DNA of 63,961 nucleotides, the filler included, from Lenisia limosa (taxonomy: Eukaryota; Protista; Breviatea): the NCBI GenBank assembly GCA_001655205.1. It is 10 parts of 10 records of this genome, joined end to end, with 100 filler letters (N's around TTAATTAATTAA, not from the genome) between each part and the next. Parts side by side here need not be neighbours in the genome. Positions count along the whole stretch, not along the records: positions 31,059 to 40,507 come from LPNZ01010488.1; positions 40,608 to 44,986 come from LPNZ01008603.1; positions 45,087 to 48,612 come from LPNZ01004212.1; 7 more parts are not named here. One strand, written 5' to 3'. Below are positions 37,201 through 47,930 of the stretch, piece by piece (the first letter of the stretch is position 1; each line of letters opens with the position of its first letter). The notes beneath the pieces were generated by a model that ran no database searches, had not been told where the DNA came from, and worked only from the letters and a program-made list of their open reading frames with translations. Made by a program: the position numbers and the translations under genes.

Positions 37201-39917
37201 GTATCAAGTTTGCAAATCAAAATGACTACAATATTATCAGAAAAACTGAGTTTCAAATCAGTACTGATCTAAAATAGTTTTAAAAAATATGATCTGTATT
37301 GATTACAAGACAAAGGAAACAAATACATTAGAACCATATGTCGGGAAGCTTTCAAACTCAGGAAAGGTGTAAACAAACACTTTATTTGAGAATAACTTCT
37401 GTTTTAAATCCACGTTTCTGCCTTTTGATCAGATAGCAGTTAACTTTCCTTTGTTTATTTTGAATGGAATTATATTTATGCGTTATTTATCACTTTTTTT
37501 GTTATTACCATTTTAGTTGAGCTCGCCGCCCCCGAATGTGCAATTGGGGCACTATTTACTTATTACGAAAAGGTCTGGTGCCGTAAAAACAGTCCTTTCT
37601 CTTGCAAATGATTTCAGTATTCTTTCACACATGCGCAATCAATATCTCTTATTGATAAAGTATTTCTGCTTCTGCTAGATACTTCCTAGTGAGTTTATCA
37701 TAATAAAAGGTATTGAATTATGGTATTAATTCCCCAATCATTTGTACACGGCTTTTTGTGTGCCTCCCCCAACTAAACTCTCACAATTGATGGGATGCAG
37801 TGCTGCCGAAGCCACTGGCCTGGGCTTTGCTTTGTTGTTTTCAACCCTCGTGTCTCTATTCAACAGAGTTTATTTTGGGCTTTTTGTTTCATGATGTTTC
37901 CTTTTTACTTCCCCTCCCTCAGTATCTGCTCAAAGTGCTGTCGCCCCTCGCCGCCATCGTCTTCATTATTTTGGTCTATTTTGGTTCCAAAATCCTGTCT
38001 AAAATCAACAAAATCCGTGGAATCTCCCCAGCTACGTGAGTTTATTATTTTTGAGAGGAGATACTGGTGTTCTTTTCTTTTTTTTCATATAATATGTATA
38101 GTTTTCAGTTTCACTTTTTTATTGTTGTTTTGTTTCATAAATCTGTTAATTTTACTCACCCCTACTCACTCATAGAGCACCCACACGGCCAGTGTCATCT
38201 GCCTTTAAACGAGGAATTTGGCGCATTAGTACGCCCTTTACCCCTGACGACAACTCCCATCTCACCTTCGCCTTGATACGAGCAATTGCCGTAAGTGATG
38301 ATAGGACAACCTGTGATTGTAGGTACTCCCTCTTCTGCATTTTTAATGATACTGATGGTCCTAATAATTAGATAGATTATATAGTAATCATTGTTTCGGT
38401 TTAGCAATAATTACTTATTCTTTTTATTCAATTTAATTATTTTAACTCAACTTAACTGTCTATTCTTATGAATGTAATGACATGAGTTTTTATTTAATTC
38501 AGTTCAATTGTTCTTGTCCAGTCTTACAAATTATGTTAACTGCTCTAGAATGTTTTGATTCTGTTCTACTTGCCCCTTGCTCATGCCGTACTTGCGTTTT
38601 TCGATTGCACCCAGGTACGCTCATACACTTGGGAACAGAAAATACATTTTATAAAAGGCAACCACTTTACCAACATGGAGATATTATTGACGCATGGGGG
38701 CAAGCGTTATCAAAAATGGATACAATAAACATAGGATTAACATAAACAACTCAGCCATACTACTCCAGCACATGGTGTTAATTGAAATATGAAAGTCAAT
38801 GTCGGTATTACAGCCACTATTGAGACCATATTTGGAAGAACTTCCCATAATTGGAACTTACCATATTAGGAAGAAGTTACCTTTTTAGGAAGAAGATGAC
38901 ACATGGACTCTTGACGCCGCTCCAAACGTGAACTGTTATGATGATAAGTACAACTCCTTCTTACCAACTGCAATTGTGAGCTTTTGGAGGGTTCAAATTG
39001 GGTCTTGAGATTGAGATAAGGATAATGATACTTTATACAACTAGGAATTTTTGTTTTTTTATTTTCAATGTGATTGATACTTCTCTCTCCCCTCCCTTTG
39101 ACGCAGATTCCTCTAATCAATTCAGGCGATCTCTATCTTTGTTGTCTTCATTGTGCCGGTTCTCTTGACTCTGTCCATCCATTGGGCTGTCAAAAACCCC
39201 TATTGCGACAAGCAATATTCTTTGTTCGGATTTGCGTATTCAAGGTGGGCCTCTCTGGTGCCATCTTTGTATTCTGTACTCCAACAATACACCTTTGCCA
39301 TATATTTTGTATAAAATACTGTATATTGGACATATTTTAACGAAAACGCCATTTTAGACCCTTTAATTTCACATTTCTTCAAATAATTTCTCCATTCACA
39401 GTCTACACCTAACCCTTGTTTTAAGGTACAACCAAGGGACCACATTTTGGGAGGTTGTTCAGCTCATTCGCAAGCTTACCGTTGTTGTCTGCGCACTTTT
39501 CTTGAGCTCGCTTCCTCAGGTTCAGGTTTGTTTCGTATATATTACTAGTATATCATTTCAAAAAACAAGGCTTGCCATAGATACCATACGCTGGAGTGAT
39601 GGGATGTCGTGCTGCATAAGCGATAGGCCTGGACTTTGTTTTGTTTTGTTTTTTTCATCCTTGTGTTTCCCAAATGCTAACCAACAATGCTGGTTTCGGG
39701 TTGTTTTTTTTTTCAAACATTTTACATTTAACCTCTATGTCTGGGGCTTTTTCAATCCGCCAGGTGGCTTTTTTCAATCTGAGCTGATAAAAACATTAAA
39801 GGAAAATAACCACTCTCATTTCGCTTAGATCAGCGTTGGAGCCACGGTCATCGTCCTCTTCTTCTACCTCCACCTCATTTTCATGCCTTACCGCTCGCCC
39901 CTCTACAACTTCCTGGT
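31240..39917 (+). CDS. Cys-rich multipass membrane protein (widespread protist family with CxEGYxGxLCxxC ectodomain end and TRP-like/7TM C-terminal region); both ends off contig or unresolved
   Basis: Exons CAEGYTGYLCSECVQ|GYFKVDVTCNEC...; FNFLQITAL; VSWPSRVKDAFLVLSIFNAN|IELAAPECAIGALFTYYEK|YLLKVLSPL; ILFYLPLAHAVLAFFDCTQ|EEDDTWTLDAAPNVNCYDDKY; FGFAYS|YNQGTTFWEVVQLIRKL; FMPYRSPLYNFL. Splice phases checked at the NAN|IEL and YEK|YLL junctions. Confidence 0.78.
32945..34345 (-). mobile_element. Degenerate pogo/Tigger-like (DDE_1) transposase inside host intron 32762-37516
   Basis: KYKVHPLLYIN[gap]; RNVSILAFIS...DGSRMKPLII; GPKGW..TDNFYHW; ALLDVDQHSSR; SHSSYITQMMDVGPYGVYK; ends FWCTNCHL*. Several frameshifts. 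Confidence 0.75.
34500..35800 (-). pseudogene. Degenerate gene of unknown function, weak SET-like motif and Lys-rich tail
   Basis: 241-aa ORF (34633-35358) extends by frameshifts and in-frame stops in both directions. Reading-frame-corrected SGDSVVNCQ-KTGSFVNHATC near 35280-35350. Tail KKKPVKTKVKPVKKGK. Confidence 0.45.
36180..37230 (-). pseudogene. Degenerate gene with very short AT-rich introns, unknown product
   Basis: Exons EDVDKDILEISDDGGLHAEGIVTHRTNYCDLQKNKYLPECQQ; KGRSLQEFEKRMSELGRQEYSNLL; short GT..AG introns (roughly 25-40 nt); in-frame TGA. Confidence 0.45.
37789..37922 (+). repeat. Intronic repeat family B copy ending at the 3' splice AG (37921-37922)
   Basis: GATGGGATGCAGTGCTGCCGAAGCCACTGGCCTGGGCTTTG...CAACAGAGTTTATTTTGGGCTTTTTGTTTCAT...CCCTCAG|exon. 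Confidence 0.8.
39585..39690 (+). repeat. Intronic repeat family B, diverged 5' half
   Basis: ATACGCTGGAGTGATGGGATGTCGTGCTGCATAAGCGATAGGCCTGGACTTTG matches the 5' end of the 41261 and 57490 copies. Confidence 0.6.
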
Positions 39918-40010
39918 GAGTATTGGTTTTTACAATTGAATCATTTATTATGACAGGTCGTAAATCTTTTAGGATGATTTTCCACAAATATATGTAAATA
40001 AGTTGAATTT

Positions 40011-40096
40011 GGTTCGAAAAAGGCCGATAAAATATCGATAGTTTTAGAGGATTTATCGAGAAATTCGGTCTTTTTTCGAACCGAAGTGAAGCCCTA
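40011..40096. mobile_element. Short palindromic MITE-like element (GAAGCCCTA end), partial
   Basis: GGTTCGAAAAAGGCCGA...TCGGTCTTTTTTCGAACCGAAGTGAAGCCCTA; related to 40916-40983. Confidence 0.55.
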
Positions 40097-40440
40097 GTGG
40101 TGATACCTGGGCTATGTTTGTGTTGCTGTTTTAACACTTGTATTTCCCAAATGCCAACTAATAGGATTCTGCTGGGGGGTTTATTTTTTCTGTTGCCTGA
40201 AATATTTTCCATTTTCATTCCGCCAGGACAGGTACTCCCCCCCCCCTCTCCATTTTTGAATTGGTTTTTGGTTTGTGTTTTTTTTGTTTGTTATTTGTGT
40301 TTTTTCATTAAGCCTATCTTCACATCGAAACTTCCTCTGTTTCATTTTACCAGGACGTTGTTTTTTGTCTCCTCTGGTTTCTTCTAGTTTTAACTTTCGT
40401 TTCTCGGTTCTGTTATTTTTTGCCTTTTGTTTTTTTGTTG

Positions 40441-40507
40441 GGACCCAAAAGATGGTGAACTATGCCTGAATAGGATGAAGCCAGAGGAAACTCTGGTGGA
40501 GGTCCGA
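40441..40507 (+). rRNA. 28S/LSU rRNA fragment (probably a dispersed copy), cut by contig end
   Basis: GGACCCAAAAGATGGTGAACTATGCCTGAATAGGATGAAGCCAGAGGAAACTCTGGTGGAGG resembles the conserved eukaryotic LSU segment GACCCGAAAGATGGTGAACTATGCCTG...GAAGCCAGAGGAAACTCTGGTGGAGG. Confidence 0.8.
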
Positions 40508-40607
40508 NNNNNNNNNNNNNNNNNNNNNNNNNNNNNNNNNNNNNNNNNNNNTTAATTAATTAANNNNNNNNNNNNNNNNNNNNNNNNNNNNNNNNNNNNN
40601 NNNNNNN

Positions 40608-43600
40608 TGGCGAAGACCCCCCCCTTACGACAATGAAGGGATGACGAAGGTAGCGAAGAACCTTGACTTCAGAGCGCGTGTGTTCAAACTGCGAAGTAAG
40701 GAATTTAGTTCGATGGTCTCCCCAGATATATATTTTTATATATTATATATTATATAAGTACATGTATGTAGCTATATTATCTAATGTAATATAAAATACA
40801 TATTATTCTTGCTCTCGAAAAAAAGGGGGATCCAAGATTCAGTTTATGATTTGTTCTCAGAAAGACGGTGGGAGCATGTAAGTTGGCAACTTGGCAACAC
40901 GAGATACCTCATTACTAGGGCTTCGCTTCGGTTCAAAAAAGACCGGTAAAATATCGATAGTTTTGAACCAAAGTGAAGCCCTACACATTGGACAACCAAA
41001 CGTCTCACCCCAGCCTATTTCTCACCTCGACCTCCTTGAGGGATGTTTTCCCAGCCTCATTCTCACCTCGACCTCCTCCTTGAGGGATGTTTTCTTGATG
41101 ATTTTGATGGCGTAGATGTTGCGGTTGCCGAGATGCCGGGCTTGGACCACTTTACCGTAGGTGCCTCGACCCAGAACCTTGAGTAGCTAGGGGGGGGGGG
41201 GGNNNNNNNNNNNNNNNNNNNNNNNNNNNNNNNNNNNNNNNNNNNNNNNNNNNNNNNNNNACCCAAAATCACTCTGTTGGCTAACAACACACGAGAGTTG
41301 AAAACAACAAAACAAACAAAGCCCAGACCAGTCGCTTCTGCAGCACCGCATCCCATCCCTCCAGCGTACGAAATAAATGAAATTTTATGAATGATGTCAA
41401 ATGGGGGGTGGGGGTCGAAATTTGAAAATCAAATATCAATCTTGTTAAAAGTTCCCTCATGAAACTTGATGCCTTTACTGCCCTTCTCATGCAAATAAAG
41501 AAAATGAAATTCTCTCACGCACACACACATCAGGAACAGCCTAGTATAGTCCGATAAAGGATCAATAGTTTTTCTTTTTTTTAGAACCTACATGGCACCC
41601 AGTCCCCCCAGCCAACTTGGAAGTCGTCAAGCGTAATGGCCTTGGACTTGCCATCCTTGGAGAGCAGGCCAAACTCCTCATCAGTGTCGTCGAGCTGAAA
41701 TGTGTCAATATTTACATATGATATTGTATTTGATTGTTGCAGAAAAACTGGTTTCTTGGAATTCTGTATGTCAAGAACAAAGGATAGCAAATAATGTACC
41801 CTAAGGAGAAGGTAAAAACTGCCCCCCTCCTCCTCCACCTTCTCTCCGTTGATNNNNNNNNNNNNNNNNNNNNNNNNNNNNNNNNNNNNNNNNNNNNNNN
41901 NNNNNNNNNNNNNNNNNNNNNNNNNNNNNNNNNNNNNNNNNNNNNNNNNNNNNNNNNNNNNNNNNNNNNNNNNNNNNNNNNNNNNNNNNNNNNNNNNNCA
42001 TGTAATAGGATCTACGATACGTCATGATTGGTACCATACATCATATACTATATTAAAAAGACTTTTCATATTACAACAAAACTTGGTTCCCTTTTTCACC
42101 ATGATATTCGCAGGATTTGAGAACAGTCCCAACAAGACACTCACCTGCGAAGGGGGTGGAACACCATGAATGCATGCATTTTACCACACTGGAAAATCAG
42201 GGATAGCAGGGGGAGTATGAGAAATGAGAAAAAAAACAAGTTATTATCTAGCCGAAGCCGTTCACACCATCACGACGCTTTAGAATTTGGATTATATAGA
42301 TTAATATAGCAATGAGAAATAAAAAATAAGGTTGTATCTGGCTAGTAACAACACCACTCACCTCTGTTTTTGAAACGGGCTTGACAGTACATCCGGGGGT
42401 CAGGGGGATGANNNNNNNNNNNNNNNNNNNNNNNNNNNNNNNNNNNNNNNNNNNNNNNNNNNNNNNNNNNNNNNNNNNNNNNNNNNNNNNNNNNNNNNNN
42501 NNNNNNNNNNNNNNNNNNNNNNNNNNNNNNNNNNNNNNNNNNNNNNNNNNNNNNNNNNNNNNNNNNNNNNNNNNNNAATAAAGTGCAATAATCCAAAGCA
42601 AAGCAAAAAAAAACACAAAATATACGTGCTTCTTCATCCGACCCAACCCAATATAGATCCTTCAAAGGGGTGATAATAAACTGCTCTTTCCAAAAAAAAA
42701 AATATATAATATATATTATATATTATTATACACAAAAAAAAACTACCATTGGAAATTAATTACCATCCAGTGTCCAATGAGATCATCTAAAACCTAACTT
42801 CTTGAAATATTACCAATATTTTGATGGCCAATCACTTGTGGATGTGATTGGAACAAACTTGGTCTAATCCCCTTTTCACAATAGCTTCGTTCATGCGTTC
42901 ACTAACCTCAGCCCCCTTGAAGTAGTAAATCTTGTTGCTGGCAAGAACAACGAATCGCCGCCTCCAGTTATTCCGCGAGCCTCCACGTTTGGTAAGGAAT
43001 CCAACCTTCACTGCTGTCTTGGCAAGGGACTGGGTTGTGAGAACTGACACTTTACCCTCTCTAATCCCCATCGATTTTCTGATATTGAATATCAAATGTT
43101 CTTGATCTGTGAAAACCCAACAGAAAATCGGAACCCAACAAACTTGAACACTGGTTTTGAGATCTTCTTCAGGAACCTTGTCCCAATCAACACGCTAAAA
43201 AGGCATGAATTTAACAACGGCAACAGCAACCTGTTCTCATAGTTTTTCGTTCACCGACCTTTGGTTCGCCCCCGAGCTTTCCTTTGAGCCTTGACATAAC
43301 TGTAGGTCTTCTAAATGTTTCTTCCTGGCTTTGGCCATGCTAGAAGGGTCATAGGGAAATCAATATTTACCCAAAACTGGGAACAGTGACTGAAGTTAAA
43401 ATAATCTAGTTACATACAAGGTTGATAGTATCTCTGGTTAGCCCGAGGCATTCTTCGAGGTTTCTTTGGAGTTCAAGAAGAACAGTCCGAGTATTTTGGT
43501 AATGAGCTGGATTTGAAAACGGAATAGCACTTGATTGTACGCCAGACTAAATGGTGAGACAACCAAGGTACGTCAACAAGAGAAATTAGAGGAATCACCC

Positions 43601-43752
43601 TAACCTGGAGAAGCTCTTTGTACACTTGGCATGCGGAATCAAGACTTCTAGTGCATTTCTAAAACAAAATAAGAACCAGTTCCAAGTAAAAACCCTGTTT
43701 AACCAACCTCAAGATTGTCAAAGTTGACCTTTTTCGTCTTTTCAACGCCCAT
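40608..43752 (-). CDS. PKB/Akt-like AGC kinase (N-terminal extension + PH + kinase), 3'-truncated at contig end
   Basis: MGVEKTKKVNFDNLE...; PH domain KVGFLTKRGGSRNNWRRRFVVLASNKIYYFK; AITLDDFQ|LLKVLGRGTYGKVVQAR...IYAIKIIKK; FEHTRSEVKVLRYLRHPFIV. Confidence 0.85.
40916..40983. mobile_element. 68-bp palindromic MITE-like element (TAGGGCTTC...GAAGCCCTA)
   Basis: TAGGGCTTCGCTTCGGTTCAAAA...TTTTGAACCAAAGTGAAGCCCTA; arms form an imperfect inverted repeat. Confidence 0.6.
41261..41370 (-). repeat. Intronic repeat family B copy in the kinase intron
   Basis: Reverse complement reads CGTACGCTGGAGGGATGGGATGCGGTGCTGCAGAAGCGACTGGTCTGGGCTTTG...CCAACAGAGTGATTTTGGGT; sense to host; gap, then C-run and AG. 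Confidence 0.8.
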
Positions 43753-44118
43753 TACGTCAATTTATGAAAATGTACGACAATAAGAGGGTTTTAAAGGCAG
43801 TTGTACTGCACAATAGAGCGCTATTCCCCAATCAATAACTCTTCTCAATTCAATCCGCTCACCACCTATCACAATACTATTTACAGACTATAATAATGAT
43901 GCACAAACTTGTCTACAGGCTGCCTAGTTTTTTGGGATTTTTTTTAGTTTTTTTGTGTTATGTTTTCTTAAAAAAAATAACGTAAGGCGCTTGCGCCAAC
44001 ACTCCTTGTGGCCCCTTTTTTTTTGTTTCCTCGCCACTTACTTCTCTCTCTTCACCTTTAGACGTTGTAGTTGTGAGTGTAATTGAATATTAGACCAGTT
44101 TTGTCGAGGAGCCTTCCG

Positions 44119-44984
<866 letters not shown>

Positions 44985-45086
44985 GGNNNNNNNNNNNNNN
45001 NNNNNNNNNNNNNNNNNNNNNNNNNNNNNNTTAATTAATTAANNNNNNNNNNNNNNNNNNNNNNNNNNNNNNNNNNNNNNNNNNNN

Positions 45087-46722
45087 TTCAAAAGGTTTGC
45101 TTTTTGTTCTTCATATTGTTACTTGCTAGAAAGCTTAATGCTAATGACTTCAATTGTTTCGCTGAGAGTGTTGTTGATTGGTCAGAATGATTCCAGATAC
45201 TGATATTGACCTTGACAAAATATAATGTTTGATGAGATAGCCTTTATGTGTGGCAAGTGGGAAGGTGTCAGGAATCGCCCTTTAGCATCAGCAATTTCAG
45301 TATCATCACTGAGTGGTAATATTATCAAATCTCCGATTATTCTTGGTGGTGAAAGTTTTATGGAGAAAGCACAGAAGCGTGACAAGGTTCCATTCAATCC
45401 ACCTAATCTTCCCAAATCTTATAACATACGAAAAAATGCGAGAAATGAATAATCTTATCAATGAAATCGATTGGAATCCAAACGGAATGTTTGAAGCATT
45501 AGAGCCAGCAATCAAGGCTGCTCGTGATCAAGGGATGACAGTTGTTGGAGTCAATATGAGTGGATACTTCACAATGGAAACTTTTGCATTATCATCAATT
45601 GACAATGTATGTAAATCCTTTGGTGCATCACCTTCAAATCCAATCATGTCTGAGCAAGGATTCATGTAACTCCAGAGGTAAGACTATTAAGCTCCTCATC
45701 ATATTATAACGCCTGTTCATTCTTCATGAGAAATGGTGCTATTTTGGTTATTGAGCCTCCATTTACTNNNNNNNNNNNNNNNNNNNNNNNNNNNNNNNNN
45801 NNNNNNNNNNNNNNNNNNNNNNNNNNNNNNNNNNNNNNNNNNNNNNNNNNNNNNNNNNNNNNNNNNNNNNNNNNNNNNNNNNNNNNNNNNNNNNNNNNNN
45901 NNNNNNNNNNNNNNNNNNNNNNNNNNNNNNNNNNNNNNNNNNNNNNNNNNNNNNNNNNNNNNNNNNNNNNNNNNNNNNNNNNNNNNNNNNNNNNNNNNNN
46001 NNNNNNNNNNNNNNNNNNNNNNNNNNNNNNNNNNNNNNNNNNNNNNNNNNNNNNNNNNNNNNNNNNNNNNNNNNNNNNNNNNNNNNNNNNNNNNNNNNNN
46101 NNNNNNNNNNNTTTAAAAGGTCTTTATAGTCAGAGGAACCTTAATGCACCTACTGAGTCTCCTACTCTCTATCTCTCTGTCCCAGCTGAACCTACTTTTA
46201 TGGAAAAGCCATCTCCGTTACAGGCTGTGGAATTTCGTACAGAAAACCAAGTACTGTATGCTGGAGAAGACCTTTCATTGGATCAAGCAATTGCTATTCA
46301 GGTTAAAAGTGCCATATTAAACGATGAAAGGACATCAACGTTGGATGACTCTTGCAAAGGCTTCTTACAAGGAGTTGCAGCCTCAATTGCCGTTATGAAT
46401 TTGAGAAATGATGGTGTTCTAGAGTAGCTTCCGCTTATAACTCGAGCAATTATTGAAGACGATATGCAGCGCTGGACCAGCACGGGATCTTGTGTTAAAA
46501 CCAGTTCGGTTCTTTGTTTTAGAGAAGGGTGAACAGATTGCTTCAATATTGCCTGGACAGGTAAGGTCTGAACAGATTTTGTCATTTCTCCAGATAATTG
46601 CGTCCAAAGAAGACTTGAAGCCCGATCGTCAAAGAAACATTAAGGTTAATCGGGGCGGTCTACTCAGCCCAACAGCAGAAAAAGTCACCAAAATGAAAAA
46701 AAAAAATGAAAAGGCAAAGTAA
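45087..46722 (+). pseudogene. Long intron-less degenerate ORF of unknown origin
   Basis: Consecutive ORFs 45225-45452, 45313-45669, 45726-46427 and 46453-46722 appear to join by single frameshifts or stops into one long reading frame. No splice pattern seen and no family recognised. Confidence 0.45.
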
Positions 46723-47098
46723 TTGTTTTTAATGTATTATTAATTGAATCATATATGTCCTGTTGAGTGTCTAATGAGAGAATAGAGAGCATTTTTTTGT
46801 TATTTAAAACCAACTGTTGGGTTTTACGAAAGCAAAATTCACATAAATAATTAATGACACGGTTTTTGAATTAATGACACGACACGGTTTTGGTGCTGCA
46901 GCATATATCCAAGTACTATATTTATCTTAGGAATAATTTGAACAATATTTGAATAATCAACTGACCTATTTGTCTGCAGAGTGCTAACATTTGTTTCAAT
47001 AGGGGCCATTCTATTTTCAATAGTCTCTAATTTAAAATTATTTGAATCAAAACTAATTATTTCTCCATTAGTTACTAAACCTTCCATTGAAAACCAAC

Positions 47099-47930
47099 TT
47101 ATAGTATTCTTGGTTCCGAATTCTTGAAAAGTAATTTTAATTCGTATGTGTCACTATTGAAATCATAAGCAACACTATTTCGATTGGCCATGAGCCGTTC
47201 TCGGAGTGTGGCAAGGCCTGGATGAGGACAATCTGTGACTAGGTAGTGGAACGATTCTGGTTTGGCTACACAGAGAGGGCATAGCGGGCTGGTGTTATGG
47301 TATTTTGCAAACCATTTTTGTGTCGGGAGAGTGTTAGAGATGACTTGGAGTCCAAACTTTTCGAGGGTCCACTGAAGAAGTATTTTACTGTTACAGCTGG
47401 AGCCTGATATGAATTTGTTTGTACCAGTATAGATTGCGTATGTGGGGATCTGTAGTGCGGAGTGCATTGAGAGGTGAGCAAGCCGGGGCTCAGGGCTCTT
47501 GTGGACATTGCCAAGGAGAGTTTGGGTGTCCGGGCTGTTGTTTGCGGGGGCCAAGAGGGGGTCCTTGATAGTTTCGCAGGTGAAGTAGCATCCTTGGTGC
47601 TGGGCAATTATCATGAAGAAACTGGGATGGCGGCTTGGATGCTCCTTCTTTTGCCAGTTTATCAGAAATGGTATTGCCTTTGGCTTCTGCGCTTGTCGTT
47701 TGCTGTTGGTGGGCCTTGATCCAATTATTTTTGGTGTAATTACCTAATATGCGTTAGATGGCGAGGGCTATGGCGTAAGCTTCTTCTCGGGGGTGTGAGG
47801 GGAGTGCGGACTTATCTTTGTTTACGGTTTCGACCGCAGCCTTGTTGCAGCAGAATATTGTCGTTTTTTCGTCTTGGGGGAAGACTACGGTTGCGTGCAA
47901 TATGGCGTGGCTCCATTATAGAGACTGACC
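47099..47930 (-). mobile_element. 5'-truncated non-LTR retrotransposon 3' end (RNase H + C-terminal zinc knuckle)
   Basis: NWIKGHQQQTTSAEAKGNTISDKLAKEGA (RNase H C-terminal WxxGH..GN..AD motif), then ISNTLPT...SPLCPLCVAKPESFHYLVTDCP (zf-RVT-like). Contains a stop and a frameshift. Confidence 0.72.

Noticed and set aside
38482-39050. Ulp1-like protease relic in an intron
   Set aside because: The suggestive segments resolve as host exons in other frames (ILFYLPLAHAVLAFFDCTQ; EEDDTWTLDAAPNVNCY).
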